A stretch of 64,000 bases of DNA, taken from positions 160,001 to 224,000 of the forward strand of contig CAXXXF010000004.1 in NCBI GenBank assembly GCA_963667175.2, in the 5' to 3' direction. Positions 9,829-18,885 of the stretch are shown in pieces. The notes under the pieces were generated by a model. That model saw only the letters and a program-made list of their open reading frames with translations. It searched no databases and was not told where the DNA came from. The DNA is from Candidatus Latescibacterota bacterium. Lineage in GTDB: Bacteria; Latescibacterota; UBA2968; GCA-2709665. Every line of letters starts with the position of its first letter. The first letter of the stretch is position 1. A program made the translations under genes and the position numbers.

Positions 9829-10087
9829 ATCGCCAGGAACTGGCGTGGCCAGCCTCTGGTCAGTCTGGCCACGGCGGTCAACCTGATCGGGCGGACGACC
9901 ACGAACCAGGGGCTTCGGGTGCGGGCGGAAATCGACAAGCGATCCTATCCCAAGGGCGTGGTCGTCAAGGACGAGCAAATGGAGCGGATCGATCTCTCGC
10001 CCCATGAGTTTCACGGGGACTGAAACTACACGATCCGCCCCGCATCGGCCCGCCGTAGTGAATCATCTGATTCGTGACAATGCCTTA
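9829..10087 (+). mobile_element. ISAzo13-family transposase 3' remnant with probable right end
   Basis: NWRGQPLVSLATAVNLIGRTTTNQGLRVRAEIDKRSYPKGVVVKDEQM...HEFHGD*NYTIRP, where TGA replaces the conserved Trp. Confidence 0.85.
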
Positions 10088-10215
10088 CCCTGCCCCTTGG
10101 GTGTGTTCGGCGCCTTGACAAGAGGGCCAAAAGGCGCCTCATTGCAGACTATGTTCGTATAGCGGGCATCGCGGCTCTGATGACCGTCACGGCGCGAACC
10201 GCACGGAGGAGAACC

Positions 10216-11238
10216 ATGCGCCTGCCATTTCGGAGGTTGTCCGCCCTTCTCCGCGCCGGGACCACCCCGGCGCCGACGAGCATCCGGTTCCGGAACGACT
10301 GGAAATGGGAGGGACCGGCCGCGCCGCTGCTGATGGCGCTCGACCGCGGCTGGTACGCCGAGGCCGGCCTCGACGTCGCCGTGGACACCGGAATGGGCTC
10401 GCGGGAGGCGATCCCTCGGGTGGCCCACGGCGGCAACTGGCACCTGGGCTCCGCGGACATCAACTCGCTCATCAAGTTCCGGGACCGGAACCCCGACCTC
10501 CGCCCCACCGCCGTCATGATGGTCTACAACGAGCCGCCGTTCGCGATCATCGGCCGCAAGTCGCTGGGCGTGACCGCGCCGAAGGACCTGGAAGGCAAGA
10601 TTCTCGGCGCCGCGGCGTCGGACGGCGCCTTCGCGCAGTGGAACACGTTCGCGAGGGCGAACGGCATCGACGCCTCCAACGTGACCATCGAGATCATCGG
10701 CTACCCGGTGCGCGACGCCAGTCTCGCGGCGTGCGACATGCTCGCGGCCGGCAGGGTGGACGCCGTCGCCGGCTACTCGTTCTCGTCGCTCCTCTACCTG
10801 AAGGCGAGAGGCGTGAGCGACGAGGACATCTCGCTCATCCGCATGGTCGAGCACGGCCTGGACCTCTACGGCAACGTCATCATCGTCAATCCGGAGTTCG
10901 CGCAGGCCAACCCGGAGGCGGTGCGAGCGTTCGTGGCGGTCACGGTGCGCGGGTACCTGGAGACCGCGAAGGACCCGAAAGGCGCGGTCAAGCACGTGCT
11001 GAACCACAACGACACGGTGCGCGAGGAGGTGGAGCTGGAGCGGATCGAGATGGCGCTCATGCAGAACATCATCACCGACGAGGTGCGCGCGAACGGGTTC
11101 GGTGCGGTCGACATGGAGCGCCTGGAGCGATCGATCGACCAGATCGCGGAAACCTACGGGTTCACCAACCGGCCGGAGGCCGCCGACGTGTTCGACCCGC
11201 AGTATCTGCCGCCGAAGGCGGAACGAATGGCGCCTTGA
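10216..11238 (+). CDS. NMT1/THI5-family ABC transporter substrate-binding protein (orphan, signal peptide degenerate)
   Basis: DWKWEGPAAP...GWYAEAGLDV, ADINSLI, PKDLEGK, GLDLYGN; GGAGGAG RBS before ATG 10216. Confidence 0.85.
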   Translation: MRLPFRRLSALLRAGTTPAPTSIRFRNDWKWEGPAAPLLMALDRGWYAEAGLDVAVDTGMGSREAIPRVAHGGNWHLGSADINSLIKFRDRNPDLRPTAVMMVYNEPPFAIIGRKSLGVTAPKDLEGKILGAAASDGAFAQWNTFARANGIDASNVTIEIIGYPVRDASLAACDMLAAGRVDAVAGYSFSSLLYLKARGVSDEDISLIRMVEHGLDLYGNVIIVNPEFAQANPEAVRAFVAVTVRGYLETAKDPKGAVKHVLNHNDTVREEVELERIEMALMQNIITDEVRANGFGAVDMERLERSIDQIAETYGFTNRPEAADVFDPQYLPPKAERMAP

Positions 11239-11249
11239 GGACATTAGCC

Positions 11250-12407
11250 ATGGAGCCGTCCCCATCAGCGTATGCCGAAGGGTATGCCAGGGCGCGTCGT
11301 CACGATCAGGCGGCGGCCGACAACTACGTCAGGCACACCACCATCGGCGACCCCATGCTCGACCCGATCATGGAAGAGCTCTCTTCGCTGTCTCCCGCCG
11401 TTATGCACCAATTCATCTGGGCGGGCATCGAGCAGCAGCATGACGTTCTGCGCAAGGCGCCGCAGGTGCTGCGCGACTTCTTCCAGGCTCTCGACGAGCC
11501 TCCTCCCTGGGTCGATCACGATACCTTTCGTCCTGGGGTTCGCGCCTTCCACGAAAACGTGGACCTCATGCTCGTCGCGTTCGTCACGGGGGTGCTGATC
11601 GAGGGCTTTTCCACGCTAATCGCCAAGTCCTTCAACATCACCGGGCGAACGGCCAGGACCAAGAGGCGCCTCCAGCAGAACAACCGCCAGTTGATGGACG
11701 TATTCTATCCCGGCGGCCTGCAGCGGGAGAACGACGGATGGAAGTTGTCCACGCGCGTTCGCTTCGTCCATGCTCGAATCAGGGCATTGCTGAGCAAGTT
11801 CGAGGAGTGGGATTACGGAGCCTGGGGTACGCCGATCAGCGCAGCCCACCTCGGGCTCGCCATCTCCATCTTTTCCCAGCGCCTGCTGGAATACGCGCTA
11901 CGGGTCGGCGGACGCTTCACCGAGGAAGAAAAGGAGAGCGTGCTCGGTGTCTGGCGCTACAGCGGCTATCTCATGGGGATCCCCGAAACCATCCTCTACA
12001 CCACCGGCGCCGAGGCCAAGAAAATCTACGAGGTCGGATTCATGTGCGAGCCGCCGCCGGACGCCGATTCGATCGCCGTGGCGAACGGGTTGATCCGGGC
12101 CATCCCGTCGGTTGCGGAGGTGACGGACCCGGCCGAAATAAAGAGCGTGACCAATTTGGCCTACCGACTGTCGAGAGCCCTCATCGGAAACCGGCTCGCC
12201 GACCAGTTCGAGTATCCGAATACGCCCGTCATCGGGATGTTGTTCTTCTTCCGGATGAAGCAACGCATTCTGCGAATGCTGAAGGGCGGGAAATCGGTGA
12301 GACTGGACAATTTTTCCCAGCTTCTCCAGATCTCCGCGTATGACGATTACGGGTTGGCCTACGAGCTGCCCGACCACGCAAAGCACTCCATGTCGAGTCG
12401 GTGGTGA
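11250..12407 (+). CDS. Lcp / MpaB (DUF2236, rubber-oxygenase-like) heme oxygenase
   Basis: GDPMLDP, EPPPWVD, RRLQQN, RVRFVHARIRALL (heme His), WGTPIS, WRYSGYLMGIPE. The real start is ATG 11250. Confidence 0.82.
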   Translation: MEPSPSAYAEGYARARRHDQAAADNYVRHTTIGDPMLDPIMEELSSLSPAVMHQFIWAGIEQQHDVLRKAPQVLRDFFQALDEPPPWVDHDTFRPGVRAFHENVDLMLVAFVTGVLIEGFSTLIAKSFNITGRTARTKRRLQQNNRQLMDVFYPGGLQRENDGWKLSTRVRFVHARIRALLSKFEEWDYGAWGTPISAAHLGLAISIFSQRLLEYALRVGGRFTEEEKESVLGVWRYSGYLMGIPETILYTTGAEAKKIYEVGFMCEPPPDADSIAVANGLIRAIPSVAEVTDPAEIKSVTNLAYRLSRALIGNRLADQFEYPNTPVIGMLFFFRMKQRILRMLKGGKSVRLDNFSQLLQISAYDDYGLAYELPDHAKHSMSSRW

Positions 12408-12649
12408 GGGTCACAACGATGATTTCTCCCGACCGCTACAGCGCCGCCCTTCACGTCTACAAACTTCGGCCGAGTAGTGGTGCATGCTCATGACGCCCAC
12501 CATCTCTTCGCCAGTCTCGAGGAGCCTGGCGACCCGGGTGAGAGCGCCCGGCCCCATCAGGTCCGTTTCCTGACGAGGGGGTCCCGGCATCCTCTCGAAT
12601 CCGCTCTGCGGACGTGACCTGCCGCACGTCCGAAAGGCGTTCGTTTGCG

Positions 12650-15600
12650 TTACCGGACACGAACCAGGCGCAAACGGATCGCGTAAAGCGCAGGAATGAT
12701 CATCATGAGTATAGCCGTCGTCAATAGAATGCCGCAGCCCAGCGATGCGGCAAATGGGATCAGGAACTGGGCCTGGATTGCGCGTTCGAGGATGAGGGGC
12801 GTGAAGCCGAGAAAGGTTGTCACGGAAGTGAGCATGATCGGACGAAAGCGGCCTTTGGCGCCCTCGATGATCGCGGTTCGCGCCGGGGCCCCGTCCCTGA
12901 GTTTCTGATCGATGAAGGTGATCATGACCAGGGAATCGTTCACGACCACCCCGCTCAGACCGAAGATGCCCATGAAGGATACCGCGCTCAAGGCCACGCC
13001 CAGGACCCAGTGACCCAGGATCACCCCGATGAACCCGAAGGGGATGACGGCCATGATGACGAAGGGTTTGGTATAGGAGCGGAGGGGGATGGCGAGGAGC
13101 GCGAAGATCATGATCAGGGCGATGGCGAACCCGCGGTACAGGGCATCCAGGGACTCGAGCTGCTGTTGCTGCTCCCCTCCGAAGCTGTACGTCAGGTCAG
13201 GGTTCCCGGCGGTCAGGTCCGCGAGGATCGAATTGGCCAGGACGTCGTTGGCTTCGTTGCCGGAAATCACCGAAGCATCGACGTCCGCCGAGACCGTGAC
13301 GACGCGCTGACCGTCCTTCCGTCGAATGGCCGGCGCCGACATTTCCGATCTCATCTCGGCGACGCTGGTTATCGGAACCTCGGCCCCGTTCGGCGTGCGG
13401 ATCAGATACCCTTCGATATCCGTGATGGCGTTCCTCTCGTCGGCGGGCAGCCGCACGTAGGCGCGTACCTCTTCCCGGCCGCGCTGCACCCGGACCGCCT
13501 CCACGCCGAAGAACGCGGCGCGCGCCTGCCCGGCTAACTCGTCGAGCGTGAGGCCCAGAGTCCGCGCTTCCGGCCGCAGCTCGAACTGTACTTCCGGGAT
13601 GCCCGGGGTATGATCCGAACGGATGTCATAGACGCCTCCCACTTCGCGGAGACCGTCGACTACGGAATTCGCAATCCGGGCGAGGCGCTCCGGGTCCGGA
13701 TGAGTCAGCACGGCTTCGACCGGATTGCCCAGGTCGAAGACCTCGCTGCTGAAGGTGATGCCGCGCGCGTAGGGCAGCACACCCACCTCCTCCCGCCATG
13801 CCTGCACGACCTCTCCGGTGGAGATCTGTCTTTGCTGCGCGCCCAGGAGCTTGAATTCGATGGTGGCGATATTGGCTTGCGGATTGAGGGTGGGGGACGG
13901 ATTGAGCCCCCCCTCGAGTCTCGATCCCTGTCCGACGGTCACCGTTACGCCCGTCAACAGCGGTGGCGCATCCTCGGGCCTGGCGCGCGAAAGTCGTTCG
14001 ATGACCCGGCGCCCCGCCGCCTCAAGTTCCCGGGCCACTTCATAGGTCCTCGAGGCGGTGGTCCCGTCGGGCATCTCCAATTTAACCGTCGCAAAGTCGC
14101 CTTCCCCCTCGTCGGCCAACGTGGTCGGGACGATTCCCGCCGGGATCAGGGAAATACTCAGCACGAGCATTCCCACGGCCCCCGCTATCGTCACAGCGGG
14201 CTGGTCCGTCGCGAATTGCAGCGCCCGGTCCAGGGGGCCTTGCACGAACCTGTTCAGCAGCGCGTTTACACGGCCCTGGATGCGGGTGAAGAACCGGTCG
14301 AAGGCATTTTTCGGCTTCCATTTCGGTCCGGGCAGGTGGGAAAGGTGGTTCGGCAAGATCAGCACCGATTCGATCAGTGAAACCAGCAGGATGGCGATCA
14401 TGATGATCGGTAGCGCTCGCCAGACCTCGCCGATGCCGCCGGGAATGAACAGCAACGGGACGAAGGCCACCACCGATGTGAGCACCGCGAACGTCAACGG
14501 CACCTTGATCCGGCGTACGCCGCGGATCGCGGCCGTCAACCCGGGTGTTCCACGACTGCGTTCGTATTGAATGTGCTCGGCCACGACGATGGCATCGTCG
14601 ACGATGACCCCAATGGCGAGGACAAAGGAGAAAAGGCTGATGGTGTTGATCGCCACGCCGAATACCATCATGGCGGCCAGGGCGCCGATACCCGAAACGG
14701 CGAGCCCCACGGCAACCCACAGCGCAAGCCGGATCTCCAGGAACAGACTGAGCGCGATCAGCACCAGCAACAGGCCCAAGATTCCGTTCTTGAGGAGAAG
14801 ACCAACGCGTTCCTCGTAGATTTCGGAATCGTCATTCCACAGGGTGACGCCCACGCCGTCCGGCAATGCCGGGATCACCTCGCTCGCCAGGTGCTCGCGG
14901 ACGGTCGTGGCGACGTCCATCACCTGTTCGCCTTCCGCCCGGTACACCTCCACGAAGACGGCGGGCCGGTTCTGATGCCGCACGATCAGGTCGGCTTCCT
15001 GGAAACCGTCGCGGACCTTGGCGATATCCCCGAGGCGCAGGACGGTGCCGTCACGGCCGCTGAGAAGGACGATCTCCTCGAAGTCCTGCTGATCGTAGTT
15101 CTGGCCGAGGGTCCGGACGCGCACCTGGGACTCCCGGGTATTGATACTTCCGGCGGACAAGTCCAGGGAACTGCGTCGAACCGTGTTCGCGACGTCGTTG
15201 AGCGTAAGTCCGAGGGCTCTCAACCGATGAAGCGGAACTTCGATGGAGATTTCGTAATTCCTGACGCCGCTGACAGCCACCTGGGACACGGAAGGAAGCG
15301 TCTTGAGTTCGTCCTCGATCTGGTTCGCCAGTTCCTTCAGCGAGCGCTCGGCCACGTCCCCGTAAACAATGAGCCGCATCATACTCTGGCGATTGTTCAT
15401 CTCCCAGAACAGAGGGCGTTCGGCGCCGCCAGGGAACGTCTGTATACGATTGACCGCAGACTCGATATCGTCCACCGCCCGGGCCATGTCCGTATCGTAA
15501 TCCATCTGAACCCGCACGGAGGCCATGCCGGGCGCCGCTACGGACTTGACCGCTTTCACGTTATCCAACCCGCTGACCTGATCTTCGATCTTGACGATGA

Positions 15601-15823
15601 TTGACTCCTCGATCTCCTCCGGCGTAGCGCCGGGATAGGCCATCGAGACTTCGACGTGATAGAAGGCGGTCGTCGGCCACGCCTGCCGCTCCAGGCCGGT
15701 CAGCGACACCAGCCCGAAAGCGACAATGGCGCACATCAGCAGATTGGCGGCCACCCTGTTGCTCGCCATGTAGGCGATCGGGCCGGGAGGTTCTTTATGG
15801 GTATTGCCGTTATCGGTACTCAT
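12650..15823 (-). CDS. RND efflux permease (AcrB family)
   Basis: YPGATPEEIE, IGVIVDDAIVVAEHI, GVVVNDSLVM, RFRPIMLTSVTT. Confidence 0.95.
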   Translation of the reverse strand: MSTDNGNTHKEPPGPIAYMASNRVAANLLMCAIVAFGLVSLTGLERQAWPTTAFYHVEVSMAYPGATPEEIEESIIVKIEDQVSGLDNVKAVKSVAAPGMASVRVQMDYDTDMARAVDDIESAVNRIQTFPGGAERPLFWEMNNRQSMMRLIVYGDVAERSLKELANQIEDELKTLPSVSQVAVSGVRNYEISIEVPLHRLRALGLTLNDVANTVRRSSLDLSAGSINTRESQVRVRTLGQNYDQQDFEEIVLLSGRDGTVLRLGDIAKVRDGFQEADLIVRHQNRPAVFVEVYRAEGEQVMDVATTVREHLASEVIPALPDGVGVTLWNDDSEIYEERVGLLLKNGILGLLLVLIALSLFLEIRLALWVAVGLAVSGIGALAAMMVFGVAINTISLFSFVLAIGVIVDDAIVVAEHIQYERSRGTPGLTAAIRGVRRIKVPLTFAVLTSVVAFVPLLFIPGGIGEVWRALPIIMIAILLVSLIESVLILPNHLSHLPGPKWKPKNAFDRFFTRIQGRVNALLNRFVQGPLDRALQFATDQPAVTIAGAVGMLVLSISLIPAGIVPTTLADEGEGDFATVKLEMPDGTTASRTYEVARELEAAGRRVIERLSRARPEDAPPLLTGVTVTVGQGSRLEGGLNPSPTLNPQANIATIEFKLLGAQQRQISTGEVVQAWREEVGVLPYARGITFSSEVFDLGNPVEAVLTHPDPERLARIANSVVDGLREVGGVYDIRSDHTPGIPEVQFELRPEARTLGLTLDELAGQARAAFFGVEAVRVQRGREEVRAYVRLPADERNAITDIEGYLIRTPNGAEVPITSVAEMRSEMSAPAIRRKDGQRVVTVSADVDASVISGNEANDVLANSILADLTAGNPDLTYSFGGEQQQQLESLDALYRGFAIALIMIFALLAIPLRSYTKPFVIMAVIPFGFIGVILGHWVLGVALSAVSFMGIFGLSGVVVNDSLVMITFIDQKLRDGAPARTAIIEGAKGRFRPIMLTSVTTFLGFTPLILERAIQAQFLIPFAASLGCGILLTTAILMMIIPALYAIRLRLVRVR

Positions 15824-15833
15824 GTATCCGTAC

Positions 15834-17045
15834 TCATGGGGTCTGGTCGACTTCCGTCTGGACACGCATGCCTTCGGTGGCAAATAAGATCCCGCCGGTG
15901 ATTACCGCCAGACCGTGTTCCAATGAACCCGTCACGAACACTTCATCGTCGGCACGCTGCAATACGCGAACCGGAACGAGCTTCACAACGCCGGCTTTCA
16001 CCATCCAGACCTCGTTGCCCGGTTTCAGCGAGGCCCGCGGCATCTTGAAATAGCTGTCCAAAACAAGCCCTTCTATCTCCACCTCGACGAATTCGCCCAC
16101 CAGAAGCGGTGGATTGCCGCCGGGACCGGCGTTCCCGTCCGACGGGTCGCCTGCCGTAAGCGGATCCGGTACGCGGACGATGACGTCGATGGTGCGCGTC
16201 TGCTCGTCGAGGGATGCCTCGGCCCGATCCACGTAACCCTGCCAGGCGTACCTCACGTCGCCGTACCGGGCGGTCACCCTGGCCGGGACGTCACGTTTGC
16301 CGTCTCCTGCCTTCAGGTCCCAGAGTCCAGGGATCATCGCGGCATCGGAATCGGACAGAGGCACGACCACCTCCACCGCGTCGGCAGCGAACAGCCGGCC
16401 CACGGGCTGGCCGGGGCTCACGACCTGCCCGACGTCGACGGATTCATCGCGGACAAGGCCGTCGAAAGGCGCGGTTATCCGGGTCCTTGAAAGGGCAAGC
16501 CTGGCATCGTCGAGCCTGGCCTCGTCGCGGCTCAGCGCGGCCCGTGCCGCGTTCAACTGAGGTTCCCTGAGCGTGAGAGGATTCGCATCGGACGGAGGCG
16601 TCTCATCTCCGTGCGGCGCGGCGTAGCGTTCGTACTGCGAGCGTGCGATGGATGCCTGCTCCTGCTCCCTTAGAAAAGCAACCCGGCTCGCCGCGACAGT
16701 GGCCTCCGCTTCCTGCACCCGAAACTGGTAATGGACCTCTTCGATGCGGAAAACCGTCTGGCCCGCCCTGACCCTTCCTCCACTCTTGAATCCCGGATCC
16801 ACCCAGACAACCCTGCCTCCCACCTGGGGGACGACAGCGACCTCCGCGCTTGGCCTCACCGTGCCGGATCCGAAAATCGGAATGGATCCGGACCCGGATG
16901 AAACCGGACCGGTTTGCACGAAGGGCGCCTGGGCGGCCTGTTCGGTCCGGGTGGGTTCGGGCGCCAGTGAAATCAACAGCGCAGCCAGCGCCACGGAGAC
17001 CACGACAATCGCGCCGGCAGCAAAAGCACTCGATTTGCGGGACAT
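15834..17045 (-). CDS. RND periplasmic adaptor (membrane fusion protein)
   Basis: N-terminal TM, PQVGGRV, RTRITAPFDGLV, LLVGEFVEVEI. Confidence 0.93.
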   Translation of the reverse strand: MSRKSSAFAAGAIVVVSVALAALLISLAPEPTRTEQAAQAPFVQTGPVSSGSGSIPIFGSGTVRPSAEVAVVPQVGGRVVWVDPGFKSGGRVRAGQTVFRIEEVHYQFRVQEAEATVAASRVAFLREQEQASIARSQYERYAAPHGDETPPSDANPLTLREPQLNAARAALSRDEARLDDARLALSRTRITAPFDGLVRDESVDVGQVVSPGQPVGRLFAADAVEVVVPLSDSDAAMIPGLWDLKAGDGKRDVPARVTARYGDVRYAWQGYVDRAEASLDEQTRTIDVIVRVPDPLTAGDPSDGNAGPGGNPPLLVGEFVEVEIEGLVLDSYFKMPRASLKPGNEVWMVKAGVVKLVPVRVLQRADDEVFVTGSLEHGLAVITGGILFATEGMRVQTEVDQTP

Positions 17046-17052
17046 GTAAGAT

Positions 17053-18582
17053 CTACTCCGTTGGAGGTCGGGAGATTCCTTGGGTCGGCAGATCCTGCCC
17101 GAGGAACTCGGGGGTTCCAGGGGTCCACGCGCCTCCCAGCGCACGATGAAGCGCAAGGCGGGCAAGACCCAGGTCGCGCTCCGCCGCGGCAAGCAATGAT
17201 TCCGCGGCCAGCCCGGTCTGCGTTGCCGTCAGGAGCGCCTCATAGTCAACCACACCCGATAGATACCGTTGCTCCTGCAATTCTGTTTCCGCATGCGCCG
17301 TATTCGACAGCGAGGCCAGCAGCGAATGGCGACGGCGGCTGGCGGCCAGCCCCGAAAGGGCGGCTTCAATCTCGTTGGCGGCGCTAACCACGGATCTTCC
17401 GTAGGCCGCGACCGCTGCTTTCAATCTCGCCCGTGCAAGCGCAACGTTGCCGCGCAGCCGGGCGCCCTGGAATACGGGTCCGAGCAGATTCATGCTCAGG
17501 TTCCGGAACCATTGTTCCGGGTTGAACCACTCACTCGATTCCGTGCTCTGCAGCCCGATGGAACCGTGCAGGGACAGTCTTGGCGCCAGGTCCGCGCGAC
17601 GCGCGCCAACCTGATACCGGGCCCCGTCCATCCGCTGCTTTGCCGCGATCACGTCGGGGCGCTGCGTCAGAAGACGGGTCGGGATGCCCGGTGGAACCGG
17701 TTCCAGGGCGCTGGTCTGCGTCAGGGAATCGGGCAGAATGTGCGCAAGATCCGCCTGGTGATCTCCCAGAAGCACGCGGAGCCGCCCCTCCGCGTCGGCC
17801 AGCAGAGCTTCGATCTGCGGCAGTTCCGCCTGGGCGTTGCGCGCTTCCTGCCGCGCCCTGTGGAGGCCGCTCAAATCAATCAATCCGCGGTCGTAACGAG
17901 ACCGGGCCAGCGCCTCCCGTTGCTGGTGGATCTCTGCGATTTCGCCAGCCAATCTCCTCTGGTGGCGCAGGTTGACAATTTCAAGGTAGGTCCGCACGGT
18001 CTCGGACAACACGCCCATTCGAGCCGTCAGATAGTCAGCCTCCGAAGCCAGGCGTTCGGCGGCGGCGGCGAGACCGTCGTTCCGGTTCCGGCCCCAGAAG
18101 TCCACTTCGTAGGCGAATTCCACGGCAGCGGTGTACGTCGTAAGTCCGAGTCGATCGGGGAGGACGATTCCGGACGCGCCGCCCGCTCCCGAACCCAGCC
18201 CCAACTCGTCCAGCTGCGCGCCGATACCCGCGTTGGTGGGCGCGTCGAATTCGCTGACGCCGGCCGACGGCTGAAGGGTTGGAAACAACGGCGCCCTGGC
18301 GATGCGCGCGCGCGCCCTGGCCTGATCGACCCGTGCCACCGCGCCGGCCAGGTCGAAGTTGGATGCCAGAACTCCTTCGATAACCCGGTTGAGGGCCGGG
18401 TCGGCGAACGCCTTCCACCACTCGCGCCGTTCGATCGAACCGGCAACGTCACCTCCGGCGGACCCATCGGTGAGCTTCGCCACCGGGTCGGAAACGGTAG
18501 GCGTCGAGCGCGGCGCCAGGGCGCAGGCGGAAACGAGAAAACCGACAATGGCCGGCGTCAGCCCTTTTCGCGAAATAGACAT
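17053..18582 (-). CDS. TolC/NodT-family outer-membrane efflux lipoprotein
   Basis: Lipobox VSAC, WWKAFADPAL, YEVDFWGR, RPDVIAA, LHRALGGAW. Confidence 0.93.
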   Translation of the reverse strand: MSISRKGLTPAIVGFLVSACALAPRSTPTVSDPVAKLTDGSAGGDVAGSIERREWWKAFADPALNRVIEGVLASNFDLAGAVARVDQARARARIARAPLFPTLQPSAGVSEFDAPTNAGIGAQLDELGLGSGAGGASGIVLPDRLGLTTYTAAVEFAYEVDFWGRNRNDGLAAAAERLASEADYLTARMGVLSETVRTYLEIVNLRHQRRLAGEIAEIHQQREALARSRYDRGLIDLSGLHRARQEARNAQAELPQIEALLADAEGRLRVLLGDHQADLAHILPDSLTQTSALEPVPPGIPTRLLTQRPDVIAAKQRMDGARYQVGARRADLAPRLSLHGSIGLQSTESSEWFNPEQWFRNLSMNLLGPVFQGARLRGNVALARARLKAAVAAYGRSVVSAANEIEAALSGLAASRRRHSLLASLSNTAHAETELQEQRYLSGVVDYEALLTATQTGLAAESLLAAAERDLGLARLALHRALGGAWTPGTPEFLGQDLPTQGISRPPTE

Positions 18583-18885
18583 GTCGATCGGACGGGATCA
18601 TTCGACCCGGCGCCCCGAAAAGCGCCGCGCCGAAATCGGTCGATTATCTGCGTTTCGTGATTACACCGACCGGGTGCGTACGGTGCGCGGTTATGCAACT
18701 CTCCATACGAAAATATACGCGTCTTGTCAAACTAAAAATGGATTTTCGGGTCCCGCGGACGGCCTGTGAAGTCGGCGCCAGTGAGTTGCATTCGGTCATT
18801 TAATCGTTGCGTCTGAAGGCCTCTATCCATACCTTGCCGGGCCGGTCGTCCATATTTCGACATTCCCGCCGGAGGGACCGACGTC

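Noticed and set aside
10305-12407. 700-aa ORF suggesting a large fusion protein
   Set aside because: The first 315 codons are an alternative frame over the NMT1 gene. The oxygenase starts at ATG 11250.
12420-12660. Short ORF or remnant downstream of the RND gene
   Set aside because: Possibly another deletion scar, but I could not match it to any family.
15809-15837. Near-tandem ATGAGTAC(G/C)GATA duplication at the RND start
   Set aside because: Real but only 14 bp. It gives an out-of-frame ATG overlapping the MFP stop, with no further evidence of function.
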